DNA from: Sphagnum compactum
Taxonomy: Eukaryota
Length of the DNA stretch: 64,000 nucleotides
Assembly (NCBI GenBank): GCA_965153455.1
Contig: OZ234493.1
Span: 13,072,213-13,136,212 of the forward strand
Direction: 5' to 3'
A program made the translations under genes and the position numbers. Of this stretch, positions 35,873-48,600 are shown in pieces (positions within the stretch are counted from its first letter, which is position 1; each line of letters starts with the position of its first letter). Under the pieces are notes generated by a model that was not told where the DNA came from, did no database searches, and saw nothing but the letters and a program-made list of their open reading frames with translations.

Positions 35873-36513
35873 ATCAAACCGGAGACCTTAGAGTTTAGTG
35901 GAGTACGAAGATGGTGCTTTGTATTGTTTGCATGTCGTAGATCTTGAGATGGTAAGTGTTGTCAATAGATGACAATGTGGGTCCTTCAAATTTGACTCTG
36001 CAGCTATGTGTAGTGCTGTAGAGATGAATATGGTAACCCTACAGAAAATGAAACATTCGAATCCTTCACTTTATCAGGAACGGCGTTTGTTTTTTCTACG
36101 CCTCTTGATCATTACAGGATTTGACAGCTGCAATACCTATAATATTGAAGTCGTATCCTTCTTTCAGTAAGTTTTTAATGCTCCTTGAAGTCCGTGCGGA
36201 GGACGCTTCACGACACGTAATCCGTGCTTGATGTTCATTGAAATGCTGGCATGAGAAGCTGCAGGCCAGGGAATGCATCTTTTGGGTTGCGCACATGATT
36301 ATGAACACCTTGGCTTCTGCCTGCCTGCTGCTTGCAATTCGCTGGCAGGAAGGGAGGCGGGCAGGTGAAATGAGCACATGCAAACATAGTCTGCCCACGT
36401 TTTTATCTGCTCCATCTAGTTTTCTCTCCCTGCCCCCTACGCAATTTCTTAAACTAATTTTTGCGGAGGTTTAGCGTTCGCCTTTGGCCTCTTCCAAGCT
36501 GCTGGGTGGAGTC

Positions 36514-37010
36514 TTACTGACTTGAGAAGAGTTGCCTGCAAATGGAGGAACCTGTCTGTTTGGAGAACGACGAGGAACCTGTCATATTCAGTAGATGAAG
36601 AACATGCTTCAGTAGATCCTGCGTAGATTTACCCGCCGAATCGATTGGAACACCATTGTCCATGCTTCTAGCAGTGCCACAAGCCTTGGCAGTCTTGCCA
36701 ATCATTGAACGTCGCTCGAACCATGCCCCATTCGAGTTGACCTGCACCAGATTCTCCATACTCTTGTTTCAACTCATTAAGTTTCTTCCACATTTTGTGT
36801 GTACTTTGGACTGAACTTGGGCCCCAAGTGTGTGGAGGGGTTGATGGAAATGCCTCCTCAATCCTCAATGAAGTTTCTTGCCACTGCTGCTATGTCAAGC
36901 TGTTGATGCTATTGGCAAATCCATCAACAATGCTGTAAAATCATCTTTTTAATCTCTCTTGGATTTAGGTGGAGATGGAGGTGCTGTGCGAGGCACAATG
37001 GGCAAGGAGA
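36514..37010 (-). pseudogene. Degenerate Myb/SANT (trihelix-like) ORF, possibly Harbinger-derived
   Basis: Across stops and frameshifts: KRD*KDDFTALLMDL..NSLT*QQWQE...PHTW..WKKL..E.GAG..W/AWFERR...TAKACG..SMDNG. Confidence 0.5.
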
Positions 37011-37278
37011 GTGAAGAGCTTGAACCCATAATCATCTGGGACAGGAAACTTCGCTCGAGACGGTTCCATGGTGAGAAAGACAGAAGAAGACATCGCAACT
37101 TATTTTATCATGAAGAAGCTTGGTTCTCTCCTGCATACTTGAAATTGTGTGTGCATGATTATTTCCAAGCAGCTGCAAGTAAACAATTGCAACCATAGCA
37201 TATCCAACTCAAACTGCACAATTACAACTTGCAAAAATGAAACCCCTGTCTGAACACACTTCTTGAACAGAGCAAACA

Positions 37279-38411
37279 CTACTGATAGTACTCTCTACTC
37301 AATAAACCCTGAAAGACAGGTATTGAGGAAAAGACAACTTTCAGAAATCCATTGACCAATGGGGGACTTTCCATTGGCGCTGGTGTGCTGGACATCATAT
37401 GTTGTTGTGGTGGTAGAGGTGGGCTATTTGGTGGAGGGCCACCAGTTGGTTGGGGGCCATTGGATGGTGGTCCAGCACCACCTTTTGATGAGTCCAGAGG
37501 CTTTGCTTCGAAGTACAGTTGCAGCTGCAACAATTATCAATATGCACCAAAGAGACCTCAGTTACTGACACTAGCAGAGTCCACAATTGCTTCCTTTTCT
37601 CAGCTAGTAAATTGTATCTGTGAATGAGCATTGGGGCAAGAGAAAACTTTTCAATGTTAAGAACCTCAACAAAAAGCATGCTTATTGTCATTTACTTGAG
37701 AAACCCTAAGACTGAAAACCTCACAGTTCTGAAAAATTGTAGTTAGGTTCTTAACTCAAGAACCTAACTACAATCTAGTCCAAGACAAAGTACCTGCTCA
37801 TAAGAAGACATAAATTGATGGCGAGGCTTGGATCCATATTCATTCTCTGGGGGTACTCAATCTGAAATGGCACATGAAAACAACTTTTAGACAAAGTCAG
37901 TTTCTTCCAGATAAACTTTCTGAACATCCTACAAAGTGCTTAAGAATTGCACCTGGAAGAGCAGAGACCGCTGCCTTGATTCCTGATCATACTGCTTTGT
38001 CACACGGTATCCAGGTCGACCAATTTTCACTGCCACAACGTACCAAGAGAGGTTATCAACTAGTCACAGGAATGCAGACAAATAGGGGTTTGTCTACCTT
38101 CATCAGGAATGGGTTTCAAAGCCATCATTCTGTTCGCTGAATACACACACATAAGGAAGGATTCTTCTATTTTCTAAGGAACAGGCTTCAAAGGCACTAT
38201 CCCATTTGCTTAAGCTGTTTGGGTTCCAGGTATTTCCCTTTGAGAGAGAGAGAGAATACCTGCCTAGATGATTACGCATGAAATAGGGATCCTTGGCAAG
38301 GTCGATAGTCTCCAAAGCCAGACGCCGCAACCGCTCCCTCCTATCGACGGCTTCATTTTGAGCTGACGCTGCACCGCCACTACCAGGCTTACTTCCCCAC
38401 TGTCTCTCTTT
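37279..38411 (-). pseudogene. SF3A2: Splicing factor SF3A2 (SF3a66) pseudogene
   Basis: Exon remnants 38411-38260 (ERQWGSKPGSGG..RRERLRRLALETIDLAKDPYFMRNHLG), 38029-37953 (VKIGRPGYRVTKQ..QRSLLFQ), 37861-37794 (IEYP..PRH.FMSSYEQ, +2 frameshift) and 37524-37279 (LQLYF plus Pro-rich tail). AAA stands where the initiator ATG is expected. The zinc-finger exon and the YQYLLFAAEPYE region are not found. Confidence 0.82.
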
Positions 38412-38570
38412 CTCTCTGTGACTGAGTTCTTTTCCCACTGCCTCCAAACGCAAACTCCCTTCACAAACCCTGTACGATCTTTGCAACAAAACAAGCGGGC
38501 CCTCACCTCACCAAGAGCGAGCTCGGACCCCGCTGGTTGCCTGCGGAAAGAGAGAGGACCAAGTTGAATG

Positions 38571-38608
38571 ATGAAACCCTAACGAATTAGATGAAACCCT
38601 AACGAATT
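38571..38608. promoter_or_regulatory. Duplicated telo-box in the SF3A2/RPN7 head-to-head promoter
   Basis: ATGAAACCCTAACGAATT occurs twice in tandem. Confidence 0.65.
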
Positions 38609-38900
38609 TCTGTGAATTATCTACTGGACTGCTGTGTCCAGTTGAATGCTAAACTGATGTAGGTGGATGAGAAAATCTGACCTCGAGAGGGTTATGTTGT
38701 TCTGCTGCTGCGGGTGTTCACGCGTCCAAAGAGCTCCGAAGTCTTTTTGCGCTGCAAGATACGTCCTCTGAAGACGGACTTGCTTCATTTACCGTTGAAG
38801 GATTTGTTAGAGGTGAAGATAAGATACTCATTTTATTTTATTTTTTACTACAGAAATCGGAGTTGTAAAAGTCTGGGATTTGCGAGGTGTTGTTGTGAAG

Positions 38901-40079
38901 ATGGAGGAGAACCAAGAATTGACACAGGACTCAAAGTTGCTCCTGGCGCAGAAACTTTTCCTCCTGAGGTCGTCGGCGGCGACCGATGTCCAAGAGATCG
39001 AGAAGCAGAGGCTCAAGGATGAGGTTCTGGTCGCCATCAAGGAGGATGATATGGCGGGGTTGTACCAAAGTTGCTGGCAGGAGGAAGAACTGGGATGGGA
39101 GCTTGACCAGGACCTTCTGGATTCCATGCTCCAGAAAAATGCGGCAGAGGTGAAGAGATTGGACGAGAAGATTGCAGATGCGGAGGAGAATCTAGGAGAG
39201 AGTGAAGTACGGGAAGCTCTTTTAGCGAAGGCGCTGTTCTTCATCCGCATCGGGGAGAAAGACAAAGCCCTTGAGCAGCTCAAGATTACCGAAGCCAAGA
39301 CTGTCGCCGTTGGCCAGAAAATGGACCTTGTTTTCCATACTCTACGACTCGGATTCTTCTTCCTAGACTTCAAGCTCATCTCCGTCAACATCGAGAAGGC
39401 GAAGTCTCTGTTTGACGAAGGTGGAGACTGGGAGAGGAAGAACAGGCTTAAGGTTTACGAAGCTCTTTACTGCATGGCTACAAGGAACTTCAAGCAAGCG
39501 GCAACCTTGTTCTTGGACTCCATCTCCACTTTTACGACCTATGAGCTTTTCTCGTATGATACCTTCATCTTTTACTCTGTCATCACCAGCATCATCTCCT
39601 TGGACCGTGTTTCTTTGAAGCAGAAAGTTGTGGATGCGCCTGAGATTCTGACCGTCATTGGTAAAATTCCTTATCTGTCTGATTTCCTGAATGCTCTCTA
39701 CGGATGTCACTACAAAACCTTCTTCATCTCCTTTGCGGGAATCACGGATCAAATCAGGTCGGATCGATACCTGCATCCACATTTCAGGTACTACATGAGG
39801 GAGATGCGAGCGGTGGCTTACTCACAGTTTCTTGAATCCTACAAAAGTGTGACTATGGATGCCATGGCAAAGGCATTCGGAGTGAGCATTCCATTCTTGG
39901 ATTCGGAGCTCTCACGCTTCATTGCTGCAGGCAAGCTTAACTGCAAGATTGACAAAGTTGCTGGCATTCTGGAAACCAACCGTCCAGATGCCAAGAATGC
40001 TCTTTATCAATCAACAATCAAGCAGGGTGATTTCTTGCTCAATCGAATCCAGAAACTTTCCAGAGTTATTGACATCTAA
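38901..40079 (+). CDS. RPN7: 26S proteasome regulatory subunit RPN7, intronless CDS, 392 aa
   Basis: DAEENLGESEVREA, GGDWERKNRLKVYE, PCI domain YSQFLESYKSV..CKIDKV, KNALYQSTIKQGD.LLNRIQKLSRVIDI. Confidence 0.97.
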   Translation: MEENQELTQDSKLLLAQKLFLLRSSAATDVQEIEKQRLKDEVLVAIKEDDMAGLYQSCWQEEELGWELDQDLLDSMLQKNAAEVKRLDEKIADAEENLGESEVREALLAKALFFIRIGEKDKALEQLKITEAKTVAVGQKMDLVFHTLRLGFFFLDFKLISVNIEKAKSLFDEGGDWERKNRLKVYEALYCMATRNFKQAATLFLDSISTFTTYELFSYDTFIFYSVITSIISLDRVSLKQKVVDAPEILTVIGKIPYLSDFLNALYGCHYKTFFISFAGITDQIRSDRYLHPHFRYYMREMRAVAYSQFLESYKSVTMDAMAKAFGVSIPFLDSELSRFIAAGKLNCKIDKVAGILETNRPDAKNALYQSTIKQGDFLLNRIQKLSRVIDI

Positions 40080-40101
40080 GCTTTTGAAGCTGAAGAAACT
40101 G

Positions 40102-40258
40102 TCTTGACCAAGCTCATCATCTTCTCCAGGTACTAGATAGACCCTCTTGACCAACCTCATCATGTTCTCCAAGTAGTAGAACCTCTTGACCAAGCTCATC
40201 ATCTTCTCTGGGTACAAGACGACCCTCTCTTGACCAACCTCATCATGTTCTCCAAGCA
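40102..40258. repeat. ~42-bp tandem repeat x4 in the RPN7 3' UTR
   Basis: TCTTGACCAA(G/C)CTCATCAT(C/G)TTCTC occurs four times. Confidence 0.85.
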
Positions 40259-41628
40259 CTAGGCGTGCTCATTTTTGAATTAGGGTTTGGGAGATGAAGT
40301 GCCAGGGATGGTCACAAACAAATCAACAAAATTCTGCTGGGATGCTGGTTTTTTGTCTGGCAACATCCAATCATCTAGTTAGGGTTTCTTGACTATTTTC
40401 TGTTGTGAGGAAACTGTGCCCTGTAACCAATCATTGAATGTGTTGATGAAGTCAAATTGATTGTCCGTCTGTGCAAAATGGAACCCTTCACTTCTTGGTC
40501 ACAACATCAAACTGCTGATTGTTGATGAAGTCAAATTGAGGGGTGATTATGAATTGCATGTTCCAAGTACAGGCATGTTTGTCTACCAGACTTCACTGCA
40601 GAAGGCACATGGTACCACATCTGTACTTAAGTCAGTCATCATTGCCACAATTTTTCCTCCCCCAAGCTTTGCACTCTTTACCCTTTCCATCTTGGACCCA
40701 AATATGTGCACCAGTCATGTGCCCAGTGTCATGTCTGAATAAAGTCTAGAAACCGTGAGTGGAACAAAGCACTACAGCTATGGAAGCTTATTACGGTGGA
40801 TGCTTGTAGGAAATCCAATAGAAAACCGTCATCTATAATGATCAAAAGCAAGCCTTCTGTGTTGCCACACAATCAATTATCAAAATGCAGCCAAAAGTTG
40901 TAACTGAGACTTCTTGGAACCGTGTACATCATTTTGGAGCTCTTAGTTCTGGAAACATGGAAATATCTAGAGAAGGAATGAATTGTGTCTGTCATATTAA
41001 CTGGGAATGCCTTAGCCATTGCCAAGAAACTTTCTACTCAGATCCTCAATCCTGCTTGTTGGGTCTGTTGTCAGTTGTGATTAACTGTTTTTGACTGTGT
41101 TACTTTGAACTGTGGAGGTTGTGATGGGCACCAATTCGTTAGACAATAGATGCAATCTTCATGCAATTCAGATAGTTTTGACTTAGTTTATGTCTGTGGA
41201 ATATTCGTTGCATGGGATAGCTGGTATTGCAACACCCTTGCAACAAGTCCAGTCTCGCCCACAACAGATGTCACCAAGGTCTCAAGTGCACTTTGAACAA
41301 AAGTAGTAGTTGATGTGTTTTTTGTTTTAAAAACTATCATAACTGCTTTTATGTTGAACATTTGTATTTGGTGATTCGGGATAACAATGTATTGAGCCGG
41401 AGGTCTCTAGCTCCAGATTATGCTATGTTTGGTTTCCCAGGAATAGGGCATTCCAAACCAACTATTCATAGCCCAGGTGTGTATAACATCTTCATAAGTA
41501 GATTGAGAACTAAGAGAATATAATTGGAAGGAAACTCACTGTAAGTGGCCACGCCACGCCTTTCCACCTTGATTCAATCATGTAAAAACTTCAGTTGGTC
41601 ATCAGCTAACTGACTGAAGTATATTCTA

Positions 41629-41836
41629 ATGTTGACCATGGTAAAATGGGAATCATTTGATGTTGATTTACAAAAGCTTCAAATTAAGTCTCAAGTAAGA
41701 ACATGTGTTGATGGTGTTCACAAAACATTGAAGCAAAAAGGCTGATGTTGGTCATGTTAAAATGGGGATCATGTGATGTTGCTTTACAAAAGCATCAAAA
41801 CAAGTCTCAAGCAAGAAGGTGAGTTGATGGTGTTCA
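41629..41836. repeat. ~117-bp tandem duplication
   Basis: ATGTTG..CATG.TAAAATGGG.ATCAT.TGATGTTG.TTTACAAAAGC..AAGTCTCAAG..GTTGATGGTGTTCA occurs twice. Confidence 0.8.
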
Positions 41837-42342
41837 AGAGGAATTCAAGCAAGAAGGGATGAGATGATGGACAAAGAGAAGACAGTTTGGGAAATAAATC
41901 ATACCTTATTCTCTTCAAAAGCAGTTAACATTATTTCAACATTATGTGGTCCTTGGGCCCATATGCTTCCATCAACATGTTTTCCTTCCCATTTTCTTCT
42001 AAATTATAAAGCCGAAGTCTCAGCTCTGGAGGTGTACTCCAGTTGAAGTGAGGCCAAGCCATCAGCTCATACACTGATGGGCATTTGCCAATTGTATCAA
42101 CAGAAAATGAGAACTGGACAAGACTTAAATTGGTATTAATATCAAGCAAGCACATAAGACAATTGCCTGCTACAACCAACCAAAGGGAGCAAAAGACCTT
42201 TCAGTTATCAAGTGTTATAAATCTAGACACAGAAGGGGATCATGAGATTGGCTTGCTCCATCCATTTTTCCTAAGGAAACACCTATAGAACATATCAATG
42301 AGATTCCAGAGAAAATTCTGCAACCATGAATGCAGTCATAAC

Positions 42343-42623
42343 CTGGTCTTGAGGGGTACCATGAGCTAATGGAGAAGCGGCCTGCACCTTGAAACAAATC
42401 ACTACTTGCAGTAGACTGCCCATCCTTAGTTGTCAACCCACGAGCATTCATAATTGACATGGGTATCCAAAAGAAGGGGTGAGCTAGATGAAGACATATT
42501 TCCATGAGCCTAAGCTTGGAGCAGAAGTTGCTGTTGTTGTTATGTTGTCAACATCTAAAATTCTTGGTACTGCTGGGGAGACTGAATGAATGGTTTCTGC
42601 GTAGAAGCCCCCAGCCCTGGCCC
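42343..42623 (-). pseudogene. Orphan exon resembling the central Q-rich region of a LEUNIG/LUH corepressor
   Basis: AG-GT bounded; reads GPGLGASTQKPFIQSPQQYQEF*MLTT*QQQLLLQA*AHGNM, then (shifted frame) NARGLTTKDGQSTASSD. The three stops sit at expected Gln codons. Confidence 0.5.
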
Positions 42624-44697
42624 CTACCAATATGCGAAAAAACAATGCATCACTATAACATCCATTAAAAAAACTGACCAGTGTGCAATATTATAAGAAC
42701 AATGCCATTATTAAGAACACTGAAATCTTTTGCCATGCACTTGAGCAACAGATCAATGAATAGAACTCTTTTTGCAAACATCTCACAGAAGAGAAGCAAT
42801 GATGCAACTGCTCTCGTATTCATTCTTCAGGGTCCTGCTTCAAACCAAGAGCTGTTCGTTTTGCCCCTGATTGCAACACTTAAAATCTCATTGATAAACT
42901 AAGTTTGTACACTGTCTATACTCCCAGTTTTCTTTTGAGGGATGCACTCGGAAGAATAATATGCAACTGTTCATGCTTGTGTGCTTTGTCTGACTCCTCC
43001 TCTGTTCTGCACTCCCACAATGCTTACTTTTTGGAAATTAGCACCTGCATTGAACTTCCTGCCTGTGCACTTCATCTTGCTGCTGATATGTAATTTCACA
43101 ATGTGTACACTCATGAGGATACATTCATGTAATCAGAGGGAACCTACTCTTGGCAGGTGATAAATGCACTATACTTTCAACTTCACAAAAGTTCTTAAAA
43201 TGTTTCTTGACATAAGCCCCAACCAAATCAAAGCCAAGGTCTTGCCATCATACTTTTATCCACAGACTGTTTTACATAGCGTACATGCCACTGAGGAAGA
43301 TGATAAGAGGAAGAAAGAGAGCACAATTCTCACACCACTGTTTCTTGCCAGCCACAGAAAGTCGGGAAGACAACAAGATCTCAATGGGACCAGGAAGATG
43401 AGCAGAAGAATTGGGCCAGTCTCCACAACTCTTACTCAAACTTCTCTGTACATAATCTGCATGTGTTCCATAGCACACACCAAACATCTGGTCATGAAAC
43501 AAGCACACAAAAATAGTTACACGGCTTGCTAGTTAGGTTTATCATGAAGCCTTTGAAGATATCACATTGAGAGTATCACATTGGCGACAGTGCACCTCAA
43601 TCAGTGGGTTCAATTCATGTGACAATGATGAAACAGAACTCAATCACTCTGAACCAAAGTGATTGGAGACAATATCTCAAAGCCATATAAACCATCAAAC
43701 TACAAGAAGGCTTTTTGAAATTCCTCTTGCCATTTCCTGCAAAGTGCTTACCATCGTACAACAGTACTGCACCACAAATGATGTCATGTTATTAGCTTGT
43801 CATTGTGCATCAACCCTCTTGAATACAAAGCACAACATCTTGACAAACTGCTATTCTATAGAGAGAGCACTAACTACACCACAAGTGTCATACATACATA
43901 CATCCCACAGAATGACCAATCTCAAACTCTGCAACCCTAAACCCTAAATCTTTAACCCTAAATAATCTCCAGAGGAACCATTTTGAAGCCAATGTCTTTT
44001 TATGTTTTATCCTTCCTTCTTTTTTTTTTTACTCTTTTTTCCCCCTCAATTACTTTTGTTTCTTTTTCTCTTTTTTGTTCTTGTTATTTTTCATCTCTTT
44101 TTTTTATAAAAACAAATTTACAAGGAGGATGTGTTTTATCCTTCCTTCTTTTTATTTTCTTTGTTTTCTTTTGCATTTTTCTTTCTATTTTCCTTTTCAG
44201 TTTTCGTCCTTTTTTTTCTCGATATGGTTATTATTATTATTATTATTATTATTTCCTTTCTCCTTGGAGGATTTGACCATCCTCCTTAATCACAAATCCT
44301 CCTTTCTTTTTGTATTTATTTTCACTAATTTTTTCCCTTCTTTTTTTAATTTTAATTTTAATTTTGATTTTTGATTTTCCTTCTTTTCTCTTTTCCAAGT
44401 AGGATGTGATCACCTTGGCTATGGTGATTGGATGAGATTTAAAAAGATAAACATTTGTTGAAAAGGATTAAAAATTTAATTGAAATTCAAAAAAATTGCT
44501 TAAGAATTAAATTTAAGAGTGTCATTTTTTCATTTTTCAATTTTGAGATTATTGGCTGAAGTAGCAAGGTGAAAAAAAAGGGTGGAAAGAAGAAGGGAAA
44601 TAAAGTAGTGGGAAAGGGTTCCAAGTTCCAACCCAAACTTAACTCTAATTAGGAGCACCCATATGTTAGCACATATGTTGTCACGACCACTCCTACT

Positions 44698-45660
44698 CCC
44701 ATTGGAAACCCTAGCTTCTGACCTTTATGCTATGGAATATTCCTTAGAGGGCATATTCCTTCAATACGTAAAAGCATTGCCTGTATTTTTCCTTTGTATT
44801 TTCAGCTCCGTTACCTGCCTGAAGAAACCTGTTTTCAGCAAGCGGGATCTTCTACGGTAGAAGGTACTAGCCAGGCTACACTGGGAACTTCTGACCAGCA
44901 GAAGGTAGGGTAGCATGTCCTATGACCGAACATTTTTTTAAATTTAATATCTTCCTCATCTCTTCTTCATTTTGAGTGATTTATAGAACGTTATGGGACC
45001 GCTAACTTGAGCTCTCCAATTCGTCTTGGAACAGCACAGGACAAAGGAGTAATTATAGAAGAGCAAGAAGAGAAATAAGCTTTTCCAAGTTTTCTTCTCT
45101 TCTACCCCTCTTACTTTCAATGCTCGTAACTTTCTCATTTCTTGTTCAATTTAAGTGATTTAAAGTGCTATAAGAACGTAACCTTATGATCTACAAATCG
45201 TCTTTGAACCATAAAGGCAATAGACCGACTTTCAAAGTCTTTTTTTGGGTGTTCGGTAATAGTCTTCCAAGTGTTCGGTGGGTTTTCGTTTCCACCATTT
45301 AACCCCCCCTTACTTTGGAGGGTCACATCTGACTCAAATCTTCATCTTTTTCAACGACTCAACTTTCTGTAGGTGCGCAAATATTAGTGCTACAATTCTT
45401 CTTTGGGCATGAAATTCAAAGGAGCACTCTCCAGAAATTTGCAGACCTCTGAGACACCAAGTGTTCGTTGAACGGCCTGGCTACCCTACCAGCCAGCCTG
45501 TCACCATTTCTAAAAAGTGAAAAACTCCCAGCTCTGCTTCACGTAGGAAAAGGACCTGAGTATAGACCCTTGCGTGCCCTTCAACCTGTTCCCTCGGCCT
45601 ACTGGCCTTGGGCATAGATCTCAAATCACTCAAGGGCCTGTACTCAGGCCCTTATCCTAA
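44698..45660. repeat. Unclassified repeat-like segment ending in two stem-loops
   Basis: Hairpins CCTCGGCC-TACT-GGCCTTGG (~45592-45611) and AAGGGCCTG-TACT-CAGGCCCTT (~45632-45653); higher GC than flanks; boundaries approximate. Confidence 0.35.
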
Positions 45661-48600
45661 ACAAAAATGTCCCTTATTTTGGGAATGTGCCTACCTTGGG
45701 GCTTTACCCTACACATAAAAACCTCTGTGATTTCCACTAGTGCAGTTAAAGACACCATTATTCGACAAAATCTACAAGTGGGTGTTATGAAAAACGAAAT
45801 GTTCATAGATGTGGGCATTCCACTTTTCGAAATGCCTATGTTAGTTCCCTTTTCCTTTTTTTTACCGTGATACCTGACATTTACCCAGTTATTGTATCTA
45901 CCAAATATAATAATAATATAAATTTAAGTAAAAAGGAGTAAAAATCCTTTGTTTTTACATTGGGCAACATCCTAGCCATAGCCCTATAGACAAGGGTATA
46001 CCCTATGGTTTGTACTTACTAATGACAACTTGCATGTTGTTCGAATAAAGGTTTCTTTCCATTAAGTTGTGATCACAATTGCACACAATATGATATGATC
46101 ACATTAGCCTAATGGTAATGGAAAGTCACTTAAATGGGGCCTTGTTTATTATTACATGGACAAATGTTTTTCATTGGAAAGTCGCAATTGGGTTTAGGTG
46201 ATCAATGTTAGGAACTCTAGAAACATTTCATATGTAGGAAATTTTCTATAGAAATTTAAAAGAATATATGTTCCCATGCAAAAAATGATAGATGTGATTT
46301 TATTGCGATTTGCAATTTGATTCACAACCTTTATGTTTGATTGGGAAAGGTGTGAGGTGAGTGTGATTGCAACTAGTTTAAACAAACATGGAGGAAAACT
46401 ATTGTTGGGGTAAAATCTATGATCACAACAACTTAATGGAAAGATGTCACAAGAACATCATTCACATACACTCATGATATTGTAAGAACAATGTTAAAAA
46501 AATGTGTGAGGTAAAATAGAAGCCCTTTACATGATGTCATAAGGATGAAAACTATCATGATTTAAATAATATTCAGTAGCAAATATGTTATGACAAGTTA
46601 CAACAAAACAAGCCTAAACATGAATTTGAACATGAACAAGGACATGCAAATGAATGTGAAGAATAGATGTATGTGAATGAATATATCCATGCATGATGAA
46701 CTAGGTTACAAAATATGATTTGAAAATGATTAAATGTGATGAAGTCATCCATTACGAATTTTAAATCTACATTCATGGATGACCTTTGCCCATTAGCAAC
46801 AAGTTAAACCACATGAACTATCACTTTTTTTATTAAAAAAATTGAATAACTGATTTATTCTATAATTAATATATGTTATCCATGACATGTGATCATGGGC
46901 GCATGATCATGGATTCCTTTGATGGTATTCACAATAGTTGAATCTTGATTATTTAGACATGGTATTTATTTTTTCTCTTCCTATTGTACACATGTTTTCC
47001 ATTAATTTTCTTTCCTTTGCATTTGATAAGGTTAACTATGTATATGGTTTGCTTTTGGTGACTATGCATGTTCATTTTGATCTTGAACTTGCAAACTTCT
47101 TCACAAATAAAAGCAAAAGAAAGTCATAAAATAACTAAATGACCTTCCCTCAAAACAAGGGAAAACCTCGCCCATTTTGATATAAAATGTTGTTACATTG
47201 CTACTTTTGTTTTGTGATTAAATTAGTATAATGGTATTATAATGCCGAATTATTTAGTCACACTTGTTACATAGTTTTTATAGTTGATATTTAGAAATGC
47301 TTTGGATATCAATGTTAAATAGGTTAATTGTTATGCAAAGATAAAAAATAACTTATATAAGTTTTAAAATTGCGACACATTTAAACTTCACCCATGTATA
47401 TTTATTTTAGGCATTAACATGTGGTGTTGTTAAAGTGGAAATGTGAGGTTTATGATTTAATCTCCATGTTACACCATGAACAACCAATTTACATAATGAT
47501 GAACAAATGAACACGTATTATCAATGTTGTCACCATTAGCAAATAAATTTTCCTTTAGGCCATATCTTTTTGGTGGTTTTCAATATCGTAAGGACAAAAG
47601 ACAATTTCAAAGGCTCTTGTAAATCTTTGTATGTGGAACATTTGGTAGTTTGAAGCATTTCACACAATTTCAATATGTCAAAAAGTTGCACATAGTTTGG
47701 AACATAAGGACCACAATTTTAATCGTAATGAATGTCAACATGATTTTGCACCCATCCTTCTTGCATCGCATGCTTGCTTAATGAATATATATTAATTTTA
47801 TGTTCAAATGCATGAAACAATTAACAATTTGTGTTTCAACATTTTTCAAACATTGTCATCAAATATACAAACAAAAAAAAAACATTAATTTGAAAAACAT
47901 GGGTGTTAAGAACTATAATACCCAAAAAATGTGAAAAGATGGTAACCATTTTCCTTCTTATGTTATACTATGCAATTCCTTCTAAAAGCTAGATTTGAAT
48001 GATGTTTTGTCCTAAGACTCCAAAGTGGGAATCCCAAAATTGTCAAGTTATGAGTCCCACCACTTTGGGGGCTCATAACTTATTTGTTTCATTTTATATT
48101 AAAAAAATTAAGAGAAAATAACCCTTAAAAAATAATTTCAAAAATGTATCAACATGAAAAGTTCAAGTTGATTCAACTTATTTGTTGGTTGTTTTAATGG
48201 TCACAAATCATTTGGCATCTCAGTGTAATTTGATTCTTAACCTTTCAAATGGCCATATATATTTGCAAGCTAGATCTTCAAATTAAATATGCGACCCCAC
48301 TTTAAATATCTTTGTTTCAAGACCATTCCAATGTTCTCAAAAAGGGTGATTGTGATTATATGAAACCTCCATTTTATCCCATCAAATACAAATATATTCG
48401 TTGTTTTATTGGAAATCTAATTTGATTAATCCATTAATTTTCCCTTTCCAATTCTTCTTACAAATTTTTTATTTTAAAAACCAAGGGTGAATATTTTGTC
48501 AATCCACTCCATTTTTGGCCAAGGTTGTTGGGAAGACAAAAGAGGTTTGTGTAATGTAATGCCCAATGAATGGGGCATTTTCAAAAGGAGGGCGTTTTGC

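Noticed and set aside
43272..43508. GVCYG motif suggesting beta-1,3-glucanase
   Set aside because: No other GH17 motifs follow; likely chance.
43983..44400. Phe-rich ORFs resembling membrane proteins
   Set aside because: T-rich low-complexity DNA.
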